DNA of 64,000 bases from the NCBI RefSeq assembly GCF_009914755.1, contig NC_060947.1; one strand, given 5' to 3'. Below the pieces are notes generated by a model. That model made no database searches, was not told the DNA's origin, and saw only the letters and a program-made list of their open reading frames with translations. Position numbers and translations under genes: made by a program. Positions 11,860 to 25,680 of the stretch are shown here, one piece after another. Source of the DNA: the human T2T-CHM13v2.0 reference genome, Homo sapiens. The stretch's first letter is position 1. Each line of letters begins with the position of its first letter.

Positions 11860-12450
11860 AAAAAGCACTGTTAAACTGTGAAACAAGGAAGAGCTGAGGA
11901 CAAAGGCCTATGGTGTCAGAAAAGGACAGCTAGGGCTGAGGATGTCCAAAGGAGGGAGGGCACCTGTGCTGTGATGGGACTCAGGACAAGCTTCATTGAG
12001 GAGAAGGCCTTTGAGATGAGCCTTGAAGGCCAGGCAGGATTTTTTTTATATATATAGAGATGGGATCTCACTTTCTTGCCCAGGCTTGCCTCGAACTCCT
12101 GGGCTCAGACGATTCTCCCTCTTTGGCTTCCCAAAGTGCTGGGATTGCAGGCGTGATACACTGTGCTCAACCCAGGCAAGATTTTGAAAGGAGAGCTGGC
12201 ATGGGGAATATATGAGCAAAGGGGCAGAAGTGGGAAGAACCAGGAATTGTTAGGTGTCCAGTCAGCAGTCCAGCCAAGCAGGAGACCCAGGTGCATGTGT
12301 GAAAGTACCAAGAGAAGAATCTAGAAGTAAACAGAGACTGGTGCTCACTATGAAGGGCCTTGCATGTCAAGCTGAGATGTTGGGATTTAGTGCTGTCAGC
12401 AGTAGAAAGCCGCAGGAGGCTTTTGAGCATGGGAGTAATGAGAAATAGAG
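11860..12450 (-). mobile_element. L2 LINE fragment interrupted by FLAM
   Basis: 'ttgagatgagccttgaagg', 'gggccttgcatgtcaagctgaga.gttgggattta', 'ggaggcttttgagca.gg'. Confidence 0.6.
12041..12172 (-). mobile_element. FLAM_C / free left Alu monomer
   Basis: Left Alu monomer only; flanked by near-TSD caggca(g/a)gatttt at 12031-12043 and 12173-12185. Confidence 0.85.
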
Positions 12451-12899
12451 TCACTGGATGTGTATTTCCTCTTTCCAGTCAACATGTGTGTTCTCCATGC
12501 GCCCCTACCTGCGCAGGCCACACCCAGAATTCCAGAGGCTGCCCAGTTAAGTCCCAGTATTTGTCAGATGAACTTGGGAAAACTTGCCATCTGTTCACAA
12601 GAATATGACTATAAATGACAGGTGGCTGATGATTGTATTTTTCAAATCCATTGAGCTCCAGGTTTGGGTCAGAGCAAAGACAGGGCTCATATCAGCCCCG
12701 GCATGGTATCTCTGGACCCCAATAGCCTAAGCCCAGCTTTTTGTTTAGCAACCACTCAGCAAAAGGACCAGGAGTTCCCCTAGGAGGACAGCTCCTTGAA
12801 ACCCCATGGTATTCTTTTCCTTGCCTGGACCCACAGGCCAGGACTGCACACACTAAACATGGGTGGCCACATAGCAAGTGGAAATGGCCCAAGCTTTGA

Positions 12900-13070
12900 G
12901 GCCCAATTGCTTTACTGCTCTACCACTCATGGGTTGTGTGCCCCTGGATATGTGCCTCTACCTCTCTGAGTGTCTGATTTCCTCATTTAGAACATGGAGA
13001 TAATGATCAACACCTCACTGGGGACACGGACCCTGCACGTAAAGCACAGGCTAGTTCTACGTTAATGGAG
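12900..13070. mobile_element. MIR SINE
   Basis: 'ctctaccactc...tgtgtg.ccctgg...cctctctgag...tttcctcattt..aacatggagataat'. Confidence 0.65.
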
Positions 13071-13532
13071 GAAGATGTGCTGCTGAGCTCCAGACTTGGT
13101 CTTGCATTTTGGGTGAAAAAAGGGCCCTGGCTCTCAGAGCCAGTCTACTCAGTGAAGAGAAAGCCCTCACCCTGCCTCTGTCTCCGGCCTCCTCTCCCAT
13201 TTGTCCATCAACCTTGGGATACCCTAGGTGACAACCACAAGGAAACCTCTTTCCACCAGTAACTGAAGGAATCACTCTCTGTACCTTTGTGACTGCCTGT
13301 AAGGCTGCCACCAATGCATGTGTGCCACACTGCCCCTTGGTGACATGACCCGAAGCTGGTTTCATGTCATTAACACAAAGCTCTTTGCCTGCCCTCTAGC
13401 CTTCTTAACCTTTGTTTAGGTCATGAACCACCTTCAAATGTGATGACATCTATGGGCCCCTTTTCCAGTGGGTGTGTACAGTGCAGTGGCCCCCAGAGTT
13501 TCCTGAAAAGTTCCAGGAAAGCAGAATCTACT

Positions 13533-14450
13533 AACATTCATTGAACAGATACTCCATGCCAGGCACCGTGCTGGGAGCTGGGAAGACAGCAGTGAACAAA
13601 ACAGACGCTGACTGCTACCCTCTTGGGATCTAACCTATAGAGGAGGTCAGCTAGCGGTAAGCGCTAAAGAGAAAACAAAGCTGGGAAGGAGAGAGGAAGT
13701 GCCAGAGATGGGCGTGGGGCTTTGAAATGTTACATAGGGTGGCCAGGTGACATTTGTGTCAAGACTAAAGGAAATGAGGGAGCCAGCCCATAGATATCTT
13801 GGGGAAGTGAATTCCAGCCCAAGGGAACAGCTAAAGCAAAAGTCCTAAGTAAAGCAGGAATGTATCTATGTGTTGAGGAAGAGTTGGGAGGTCTGTGTGG
13901 CTGGAGCACAGTGAGTGGAGGGAAGATGACGTTATTGAGATAGTGGAGGGACATGCCTGAAGGGCCCCAGAGGCCACTAGAAGCACTTCAGTTCTACTTT
14001 GAGTGCAATGGGGAGTCACTGTGGGGTTTGGCACAGAGATCGGGGAATAGACTGCAAGGAGAGGGTTGAAGGGAGGGAGGAATGAGGGCAGTCTGTGCGG
14101 CAGCTACTGGAGTTATCCTGGGGGGAGAGGCTGCTGGCTGGTACCCGGGGGGAGCAATGGATGAGCAGACTGACATTGTGGATACATTTTGATGATGCAG
14201 ATGGCAGAATTGTCCACTGGACTGGCTGTGAGGTGTGAGCAAGAGAGAAGAATCGGGGAGGATCCCAGGGCCTTCTGCCTGGGCAACGTGAAGGATGGAG
14301 TAGCCATGAACTGAGGTAGCAGACTATGGGCTCGGCACACTTGGGAGACGATCAGGAACTCGGTTCAGTCAGGTTATGTGGAGTTTGCGATTTCTAATGG
14401 CCATCCAGGTGCTGGTGCCAAGCAGGCAGTTAGCCATCTCGCAGACGTGT
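13533..14450 (-). mobile_element. L2 (L2a-like) 3' region
   Basis: 'cattcattgaaca...tgccaggcaccgtgctggg...cagcagtgaacaaaacagac'; minus-strand translation FALAVPLGWNSLP typical of L2 3' ends. Confidence 0.85.
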
Positions 14451-15652
14451 GGCTGTGATATTACAGGCTTCTTAGGATGCTCTAGGGGAATGGGCATCAT
14501 TTGTCCCACTGAGGAAGATGAGAGCAAGTGGTCCAAGGGTTGAGTGGAGGTGCTGGGAACAGAAACCCACCTTCCATCTCCTTGGCTAGTGCACTTGGAG
14601 GTTGCAGATAGAATTTTAAAAGCATCCTGCCAATGCTCCGTGATAGGCATGGCCATCTCCCATTCAGCTTTGTTTAATCAGATTTCCTTCAAGGGACTCC
14701 CGCACTCTCGCAGTTCTACCGGGGCACTGGCAACCCTGAGATGACTCTAGCTCTCCCTGGAGGGCCTTGAAGGTAAGGTTCAGTCACCAGAGAGCAATAA
14801 CCTCTTCTGGCTGCTTGCCCTTTGCAGAGCAGACAGGACTGGACCCAGACAAGGCGGATTCCTTCACAACTGCCCTGACGAACTGTGTACCCCCAGCCTC
14901 GCCCTGTTGGGCTGGGCGCATCCTGGCAGCGCTGGGGCTGCGAAGCCACAGCCCCTGCATGTGCCTCGCGGTTGGGCCTGGACGCCGCTCTTCCTCCAGG
15001 TAACTTCGTGAAACGCTAGGAGGCAATCGCCCAGCCTCACTGCGCCTACGTAGCCCACGAAGGGATCTTGCTGGGTTCTCGGAGGTGGCCCCAGCGCTTT
15101 CCGAGGGCCGAGAGCGTGGGCGTGGAGGGAAGGAGGGGCCTAGTGGGCGGCGGGCCCACCCCTTTATTCGTGGCCTGCGGCTCCGCTGAGCGTGACCAGA
15201 TGTGTTGGTGACAGGTTGCTACTCAGAGGTGCGGACAGGAGCTGAGCGCTGCTGCTGTCGGAGCAGACGCGGCGTTCCCGGGTTGTGCTCAGCCCCTGCA
15301 GCTGCCATCGGCTGGAGAAGTCCAGGTTAGGAAACGCATCCGGGGAGGGGATCCTAGAGAAGGGGCGCAGCCAAATACCCGGGAGGTGGGATAGGTGGGA
15401 GGGGAGTCGCTGGACTCGGCGCCAGGGCAGATGGTGGACAGGGCGCGCTGGCCCGCCCGGCAGTTCCCAAGGAACCTATGTTCCTGCAGAAGCCGCAGGT
15501 GTCCGTCTTGGGATAACTGCGGAGGGAGCCAATCCAGCCCAGCTTGGGCGGGAGCATCGCGTGCCCTGGTCCAGTGGAACGGGAGACTGGCCAGCGAGCC
15601 TGGACTCTGAGCTAAGCGTACTGGCGGGCGACGCCGACAGCGTCCGCGCTAA

Positions 15653-15682
15653 GGGTGGGGGACTGGGAAGTGGGGAGTGGGG
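15653..15682 (+). promoter_or_regulatory. Putative G-quadruplex motif
   Basis: gggtgggggactgggaagtggggagtgggg: five runs of >=3 G with short loops. Confidence 0.55.
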
Positions 15683-15842
15683 CACTCGGCCGGGATGGAG
15701 AGAATGCAGTTCACTAACTGCCACCTGAGAGCCCTGGTCCCCGCTGCCGCCACAGCGGGTCTGTTTGGCAGTCAGGGCGCGAGCTGGTGAGCGGATGCGT
15801 GGGCGGAGGGACTGGCGCTACCCACCCAGCAGCCACCCACTG

Positions 15843-15851
15843 CAGGTGAGT
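15843..15851 (+). other. Consensus 5' splice donor CAG|GTGAGT (candidate upstream first exon ends at 15845)
   Basis: Perfect donor inside the CpG island. Confidence 0.5.
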
Positions 15852-16029
15852 GCCCCTCCCAGGGCGAGGGGAGGAGAAGGGCCTGGCCGCTAGCCCTAGG
15901 GTCAGGCTCTGGTGAAAATGGGAAGGGGGATGGGGGCTGAATAGGCTACTTTGTGATGAGACTCCCGTCCCTGTGACACTTCAGGGTCCTCTGGGGATCT
16001 GTCATTCCTCTTGCAAGCTCTCTTGTTCT

Positions 16030-16270
16030 CTGGTCCCTCTCCTCCTCTCCTTATTTCCTCCTCTCCTCTCCTCTCCTCTCATCTCCTCTCCTCTCCTCTC
16101 CCTTCATCGTGTCTCTACCTCTATCTCCGCCGGTGCCTCTCTCGGTATCTGTCTCTCAGTCTCTGCCTTCTCTGTGTCTCGTACAGTCTCCTGTCTTTCT
16201 TGGTCTCTCGGTCCTGAGCGCTCTCTCGCCCTGTCACTGATGACCGCTGGCTTTTGGCTCTCCGTGCTCG
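16030..16270. repeat. CT-rich low-complexity / (CTCCT)n tract
   Basis: Polypyrimidine run read directly. Confidence 0.85.
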
Positions 16271-16442
16271 CTCTTCGTGTGTCCCGGCCACGCACGGCTC
16301 ACCAGCTCGTTTTCCCCAGACGCGGAAAGTCTACCTTCGGCGTGCGGGTTTCCCAAGCGCGCCGGGCCCCGCCTGCGGCCCTCCGGCGGGCTCTGTCTGC
16401 TGGAGGCGCTCCGCTAACCCTGCTGTCGCCTCTTTCCACCAG

Positions 16443-16512
16443 CGCACCGCCTAGGCAAGCCAGCTGACGCCGGGGGCACAGACCACCCTCCACTGAGTGC
16501 GGAGCAGCCAAG
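16443..16512 (+). other. Candidate 70-nt non-coding 5'UTR exon
   Basis: Branch point CTAAC at 16414-16418, pyrimidine tract and CAG acceptor ending 16442, AAG|GTGAGT donor at 16512/16513; no ATG. Confidence 0.55.
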
Positions 16513-16973
16513 GTGAGTGCACCGATGCCCCTTCCGCCCCTCCGATCCCTCCCCAGCTGCCCTGGTTCGAGCCGACTGGAGAAATGAGGCTGCAACAGCG
16601 AAGCCAGCCTGCGGCCGCTTTCTCCTCTAAAGACTGGTGGGAGGGCCCGGGAGGCCCCTCGGGCTGCCGCAGCTCTTTGGCTGCCCGCTGCCCCATCCCG
16701 GAGTGGAAACCCTGAGTTTCCAGGCTTCGGGCTGGCGGGGTCGCGGGCAGGGCAGCGCGGCTTCCCCTTTAAGGCCGGAGCCGCTCGTCGCCGTGAGTGT
16801 GAGGGTGTGTGAGTGTGCGGCGTGCGTGTCTCCTCCTCCCCGAGTGACACAGCAGTGAGAAATGCCTATCAGTAACTTAAACCCCCGAAACTCCACCTTC
16901 CGGGCGCGCGGCGCGGAGCCGGGCGGTGGGAATGGAGCGAGCAGATTGAGGCCGCCACTGCAGCGCCGCCAGC

Positions 16974-16994
16974 ATGAACTTGGCCGCGAGCTGA
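16974..16994 (+). other. uORF MNLAAS* in good Kozak context
   Basis: gccgccagcATGAACTTGGCCGCGAGCTGA; A at -3. Confidence 0.5.
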
Positions 16995-17069
16995 AGCGGC
17001 CGGCGGCGGGCGGGCGCGGGGGCACCGGCCGCTAGCCAGGGGGTGATCTGCAACAGGGCTGGGTTCCTT

Positions 17070-17141
17070 GGCGGCCGCCTGAGTCCAGGCTGCCCGCGCC
17101 GGCGGCCGCCTGAGTCCAGGCTGCCCGCGCCGGCGGCCGCC
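17070..17141. repeat. 31-bp GC-rich tandem repeat, 2.3 copies
   Basis: ggcggccgcctgagtccaggctgcccgcgcc at 17070-17100 and 17101-17131, then ggcggccgcc. Confidence 0.95.
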
Positions 17142-20100
17142 CGCCCCTCGGACACTGCCCCCGCCGCCGCCGGAGCTCTGCAGCACGGTAAGGCTGAGGG
17201 CGGGTGCAGGAAGTCTGACTGTTCTGGGGGTTCCGGGGTACACTTGTAGCCCCCAGTTATGGTCCCCATCGCTGAGGATCGGGGTCCCAGGGGTGCTTCG
17301 AGTCGGTAGACCCTAAAGTTTGCTCTGAGCACACGGCCCACCTGGCGCTGCGGGCGGCCACCCCCTTCTCGAACCAGCCCGGCTGGGCTGGGCGCAGCTC
17401 GAAACGCCGGAGACCACGGCCTTTGGCTCGGCTCCCGTCGGGCGTCTGAAATCCGGCGGGGACAGCCACGTACCGGGGAGGAAAGGTAGAAGGGCGCAAG
17501 CTCCTCGGGCTACGCTGGGCTACTGGGAGGCTCCCACTCTGTCCCAGCACCCCCGGGTCGCTTGCAGCCTGGGTGTCACCGGCGACGGTGCCTTCACATG
17601 CCAGCTGCCTGAGCCCAGGCCAGTAGGCAGTGGGCGCTGGATGAAGGATTTCCCCACCCCAACGCTGTTTGCCGCCTCTGAGCGAGAGTGTGGAGTGTGC
17701 GCGCCGAATCCGCTGCCCTGCACTCCCTCCCCTGCCAACTCCTGGGAAGCGCAGCCCGGAGCTGAGCTGGTGTTCAGGGCAGCCCGGACTGGGTTCCTGC
17801 GGAGCAGCCCCGGCGCCCCTGCGTCAGAGTCCGCGCTTCAGGTTCCCCAGCATCCGCGCGACGACAGAGCTGGGCGCCCGGCGCCGGCTAGCGCGGGCGG
17901 GAAGCCCCCCGGAGCGCCGCCAAATACTTTTCTCGGCCAGTTGGCTTGGCCAGGCTCCGTCCCAATGCAGTGTGTCCGAAGCCTCCTGGAAAGCTGGAGA
18001 TGTCGTCTGATTCTGATCCGTGATTAAATTCGGACTGAGCAGACATAATAGGATTAGCCTGCCAGAAAGCTCGGCCCTGAAGCCATCGGAACCTGTGCAA
18101 ACACGCGCCTCGGGCTGGAGCATTCACTCCCGCCCCGCCGCGCTTCTGCAGCTGGGTGCGGCTGACCTGGGCACCCGGAGTGTGGGTGTGTGTGAGCGGG
18201 CGGGAGCACAGCGTGGCTGGGGGACGTGGGGAGAAGGGGCTGCTTTTGCTGGGGTGGCTTGTCGTTGTTGTTTGGCACCACGGTGCCCCCCGGGGGCGCG
18301 GTCCCCACGGTGAACGTGCTGCTCACGGGTAGGCAAACCCAGGCCGGCTCCGGGACATTGTCTGCAAGGGCGAGCGAGCCGAGCTTACTAGAGGCGGCTG
18401 CGCTGGAACAAAGGCGCAAAGTCTCCCTGAGACCAAGCAATTTTGAAAGAGTTGGCTAGGGAGAGGGCCTGGGTCTCCCGGGGTAGACCCCCGCGGGAAT
18501 TGCGCCGCCCCCAGCGGCCCCGGCCCGCGCCTGGGGAATTGTGTTCCCTGGTTGCGGTGAGCCGGCGAGCGACATCGCAGCGGCGCGGCCCAGCTCTTGG
18601 CAGGCGTGGGTTGCCGCCCGAGTGCCCACCGGCCGGGCGGGGTCGACCGTGCACCCGCCGGGGCTTCCCGGCCGCCACCGCAGCTCTGGGCCCCTGGAGG
18701 CCGCGCAGCTTCTTTCCTTCCCTCCCTCCCACCTCTTCTTGTCTTTATAGATCCCCCCTCCCTCCCACCCCCGCCGCCGCCGCCGCCAACAATCCGCTTT
18801 ATAAAAAGCCCCTTTGTTTCCCAGGAGGCTGGAGAGAGGGAAGGGGAAAAGGGACGCAGAGGCAGAGGGCGGGGGCGGCTGTCTCCAAGTGGTTTCGAGC
18901 CGCTCGGGACAGGAGGGCAAGTGTAGGCGATGGGGGAGGGGGCTGTGTTTCGAGGACCCTCTGTGGGAACCCACGAAGGCGCACGGAGCCTCAGCCCCGG
19001 CCCTCGCTGCACGCCCGGCCTGCCAGCCCTGGACACCCTAAATCCTGGCGGCCGGGACGGCCGAGTGGACTGCACTGCGAGCTGGCGGGCGCGCGCAGAG
19101 GCCCTAGGCTGCAAGCGCTCCGCGGGGTGGGCAGACGCGACTCGCCGATGCGCTCGCCGGGCTCGGGCATAGGGGGCGCCCTTTCCTTGGTTTCGCTTTG
19201 CAGCGGGCGCCCCTCGCCGCCGGAGCTCAGGGCAGCTGTCGCGCCCGCCGGTGGCTAAGACGGAGGCGGCAGCTCGGAGGCTTAGGCCACCCGCGTCTGG
19301 CTACACGCCTCATTTCTTCCCGCGCCCTCCTGCCACACCCTCCGCCCCACCACACACAAGGGCTCAAACTCTCCGAGCGCCCTTTGTTTGGAGGCGCGGA
19401 GGCAGTGGGAGCCGCCACCTCCGGGGTTCGTGTAGCCTAGGCGGGCAGTGAGGATGAGCGTGCTACTCTGGACTGCGCGCTGGCCTGCTGCCTCTGCACC
19501 TAACCCAGCGCCTGACACTAAAGCTGCCAGCTTTAGTTAGATTGACCATTTAGCGGGTCCTTGTCCCTTATAACTGCCCCCCTAAAACTTTCGAGAACCA
19601 GGGCTTGCACTGAGGAATGTCAAATATAATGTTAGAAGTAACCTTTCGCCATTCTGTTGGCCTGCTCCGCCCCTGTGCCCCAAAGTGGTCGGTGTCTCTC
19701 ATAGAGTTTGTTCGGGAAGGGAATACTGAAAAGAAAAAAGTGACAAATAAGGAAAGTGGGCGGGGCCCAGGCTCAGGCTGGTGGGTCTCCCAAGCGAAGT
19801 CAGATTCCACCCGCTCTCTGGCCGCCTCCGCCCCTCCTACTTCCATTTAATCTGATGTCGACGTTTTATTTGTGCCTTTTTGCATATCTTTCTCCTACTC
19901 CCCTCCCCTCCCATCTCTGGAGGTTATTGATAAGTGCTGCTCAAACATTTGTTTTCTGCGTCTTTGGAGTAGAAGATGAAGCGTTAACACCCCCAACGCG
20001 CATACACACATCCCAAATGCGCGCATACACACATCCCAACTGCATCTAAAACCACAAGAAAGTAATCAAAGGGTAAACTACTGGTTCTGCCTTCTCCTCC

Positions 20101-21224
20101 CTCCTTTGTGCTTCTCTTCTGGAGCAAGATCATTGGAAAATAAAGCTGCTGATGTGCGAGATGGAACATATGGTGCCTCCATAAGAGAGAAGCTGAAATG
20201 GCCTTGAACCTGCCGGACAGACCAGCTGTTTGCTGCCAGCCAGAGCAGCTAATCAGCTTCTTCCCCTTAAAGTAACAGCCCTCTTTTCACTTCATGACCA
20301 GTTTGCATATTAAATAGGATATTCTCCAGAGGGGAAAAGTGATGGGCTCCTATACTGCTTTGTGCTTGGTGGTTCTCCAATGCCTGCTCCCTGCTCTGGG
20401 GGCCGCCCTGCCCTCTCCCGGTGCCTGCCTGCGATGTGCGAGTGTTTCTTTCAGTACTGAAGTAAGAATGTTGCTCAAAGTGGAACTTGGGACAGACGAG
20501 GCAGGAAAAAAGAAAGAAAGAGGTGGGGCTGAGAGATTTCCAGATGCCTGGGAGGAAATCTCTCTGTTTTGTTCAGCTTCGGAAAAAACTAGCATTCTTT
20601 CCCCCCTTTCCCCCTTTAAAAATATCACAAAGAGCTGAAGCTTTTCCTTACAAGATCTCCTTAAAAATCATCCTCTTCCGGCTGTGACCATTTTCAGTTT
20701 TTCTTCAGTACAATGTGTTGGGGTGGGGGGTGGGGAAGAGTTTGGCGTTGGAAGAAGAAAGCCTTTAGGAGATACAAGGAAATTCCATGTTAGGAAATCA
20801 TTAGCAAAGGGTGACTTCGTCTGTTTTCCTGCCACTGACGCTGACAGTGACACAGATGTGTGGGTTGAAATAGGAACGTCATTGAATTTTTACACTCCAC
20901 CAGGAAATACCCTGTTTCTGGGGTGGGGGTGGGGGCTACAGATTCACTGCAACTTAAGGTAGGAGATTCACTACTGTCAATCCTTTTTACTAAGGAAAGG
21001 GATTTTTTTAGCTTAGCCAGCATGTTTAATGTATTTTCTTCCCTTTTAAATTGATCACCTAAAGGCATAAAATGCACCTGTTAATGGATGGTCCCTAGGA
21101 AACTCAATTACTATTTGGGGTTATGAAAGGGAATAAACTGGTCTTAGACAAGTGGCTCTTCTGAAAATAGCTGGACTATGCCTCTTCTTTAAAGGAGCCT
21201 CAATATACAGTAAAACCTTTTTTT

Positions 21225-22849
<1,625 letters not shown>

Positions 22850-25539
22850 TCATTAGCCTAGGAGCTGGGAAACTTGTGTTCTAGAAAGTTCTGCCCACTA
22901 ATTAACAGAGTGATCTTGGACAAGTCCATCCTTTCTCTCCCCCAATCCCATGACCTCTGAGTCTGAGTCCCTTCCAGTTCTAAAACACTATGGTTTGTGA
23001 ATGAAATAGTCATTTTCTGGGAAAGTGAAACATCAAGTTCAACCTTGTCATTGGGAAACAGCTAGACAGATAATAAAAAGGGGCTGATATTTTGAAGGGC
23101 AAGGATAAAAAGGAGGAGTAAAAAAATGGCAGAAGGCCAATCAAAACAATACAAAAGTGTGAAGTGTTCACCTTTTTGTGTCTTTTGCAAGTGTGAACTT
23201 CTAACCCAGAATCAGAGACAGCAGACATCAGAAATCAACCCAAAGTTTCTCTTGTCCAGTACTCCTATTGATGGCAGGCCTCCTAATCATTGGGTTGGTA
23301 TACAGATAACGGGATCTAAACTCTTTAGAGTAGACTGGCATATTTCCAAAGGACTCATCTAATGTAGAGCAGATTTGCTGCTTTGCAGTTATTTAGTGAA
23401 GGTTTCAAAGACAAAAAGGCCTTCCATCCACACACACGTGCACCACTGGGGTGTGGGTTCTGAACCCATTGTTGAACCTTTTCTTTTCTTCCTAATCCAG
23501 CTGTTTTTTTTTTTAATCACATTTCCAACTTTGGGGATACAGCAGCCATGTAAGAACCTGCTGCTGTCCTACTTGATGTTAATATTGATTTTTTAAAGGG
23601 GCAGGGGTGAACATTATGAAGAAGGACTCTTTATCCTCTGAGTTCTTTGGCAATTATCTTGCTGCCATAAATGTTGATACACATATAATGGATGTAACTA
23701 AAAAACTCCTTATCCAAGCAGAAAAGGCTGAGTGTTTGTTGGAGCAGATAGAATGCTGAGAGTGTGAATAGACCAACCCAGATGTCACTGGGGAGGGAGA
23801 TAAATGATGGAGGAACAGGAGCCGGTTACTATGGATCAGCACAATAAACCAATTCCCATCATACACCTCTCACAACGCCACCGAGGGGTAACCTAGGCAG
23901 CACCAGTCAACTGTATGGCAGGAAAAAAGCATTGCAAAGCTCAATTGGAACTGGCCTGGTTTTGTAGGCATTGGGTCCTTAAACATCTTCAGTACTTCGA
24001 GGAGGAAAATTTCATAAATCCGAATGAACCTGAAGAGACTGTGTTGCAAATACTTATTACTTCTTATTTTTGTTGTGTCATTGTTGTTCTTTAGTCTGTA
24101 AAGGTGTCAAAGGAAGAAGAAAAGGCCCCATGGAGCTGTCAGGACAGTTAGTCAGGGGGTTCTCCATGGAGGTAAGAAACAGTAGCTTGTGTTATAGGAT
24201 ATTTACATGCCAAGATTGGAGGTGCATAGTCCTGTGGGGTCCTGCTCCCAAATTACCAGCCCAGGGCTGCTGAAGCCCCAAGAGCATTTTCTTCCAGAGG
24301 TGGAGACAGAAGCAAAAGAGTTGGGTTACCTTATTTCCCTGCCTCCACCCCCCCAGCTCTGGTTGCTTTCTTTCTCCCCTTCACAGAGCCTCCCTGGTTT
24401 CCTTCAAACCTCGAGTTTTCTCCTAAAATCTGACATCTTTATAACATCCAAAGCAATCAGATATGAAACAGTTCAAAAATATTCCCCCCGGGGGAGGGAA
24501 TAGCAAGGGGCCTCCCTGGCTGTAGGCACTGAGCTCCCAGAGTAAAGGCTTCCAGAGACAGGGCCTAAGGAGGGTTTGGGAGCAAGAAGCAAAAAGCTCT
24601 TTGCAAAGTTTAGGAGAGCTTTCCTTGCCCAGATTGGCTATCTTGAGCCTCCCTGAGGCCCCAGCTTCAGACTACTCCCTCCCTTCCTCGGCCTGCAAGA
24701 GGGTGGGCTCTTCATACCCCTGGAGGAGGACCCCCGACCCACCCACCAAGGCAACTCAGTCCTGCCCGGCTGCCCTCTGACCTGGACACAGCCAGTGCCC
24801 CTTTCTGCACAGCCCAGTTGGAGCCTCCCAGACCCCCATTTCCTTGGTGGGCAGGTGGGGTAAGCTACCTTACCCTCCCATGTGCCCTGCTGCTTGTTCT
24901 GCCAAGTAAATAACCAGTAAGTGGATTTTGGGAAAGGCCATTTTCTTAAGGCTGAGAATTGTTCCCTGAGGTTCAGAGAAGGATGGAGTGGACCAGGTGA
25001 TATCATCTTGTTGGAAGAGGGCCTAGCAGGCCAGCCGTTGATTTTTTCCCCTTTCTTCCACCTGTGCGAGTACCTAGACACTAGACCACAGGGACAGTTT
25101 TCTGCTGATTTTGGAAGAGATCATTGGAGGCCACAGCACCTGAGCTAGTTAATGGCATCCAGGTCAAAAAGGCCTGGTGGCCCCAGCTTGTGTTCACCTG
25201 TGAGAGGAAAGTGTGGGTCTTTGGAGCATAAAGACAGGAAAAAAACAAAGTCAAGTAATTCTGAACACATTGAGGAATTCCAAGTTCTTGGTCCAATTGT
25301 CCCAGCTCCACCCTCACCCCACAAGTAATGCATTTCTATTTTTTCCTGCATTTGAATCCGAAATTCCACTCTCAGCTTCGGCAGCGTGCTGTGACAGAGT
25401 GGGGAGGAGGAAGACAGGACCCAGCTCTGCCTTCCTTTCTGTGGCTATGCCAGTCAGTTGACCATTGCACCTGTACATAGTTAGCACAGGTGCACCACCT
25501 CACCTGCAAACTCAGATGTTGAAAGATGGAGAATCTTAC

Positions 25540-25680
25540 AGCTGGAAGAGTAAAACCCCATGATTTTACAGAAGAGGAAACTGAGGCCCAGAGAAGCGTC
25601 TGACTTTCCTATGGGGACATAGTAAAGGGAGCCCAAAGTTGACAGAACCCTGGTCTCTAGTTCTCAGTCAAGTGTAGAAC
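25540..25680. mobile_element. MIR SINE
   Basis: 'attttacagaagaggaaactgaggcccagaga'. Confidence 0.7.

Larger units (their letters stand above)
16796..17187 (+). other. Candidate main non-coding first exon of an unidentified gene
   Basis: TATA-like TTTAAG at 16768-16773, ~25-30 nt upstream; GC-rich leader; ACG|GTAAGG donor at 17187/17188; all ATG frames close inside the exon; start coordinate is inferred. Confidence 0.6.
14850..19520. promoter_or_regulatory. CpG island promoter (~4.6 kb)
   Basis: Sharp rise in GC and CpG density against CpG-depleted flanks; several NotI/BssHII/SacII sites; no interspersed repeats seen. Confidence 0.95.

Noticed and set aside
15221-15245. REST/RE1-like site (ctcagaggtgcggacaggagc)
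   Set aside because: Only the GGACAG half matches; the TCAGCACC half is poor
16796-17187. Assigning a gene symbol to the CpG-island gene
   Set aside because: No coding exon in the window and I cannot match the leader to a known mRNA from memory; needs BLAT
15285-19518. Many long overlapping ORFs (up to 271 aa) in the CpG island
   Set aside because: Arg/Pro/Gly/Ala-rich, on both strands, mostly non-ATG starts: expected from stop-codon scarcity in GC-rich DNA; no recognisable domain
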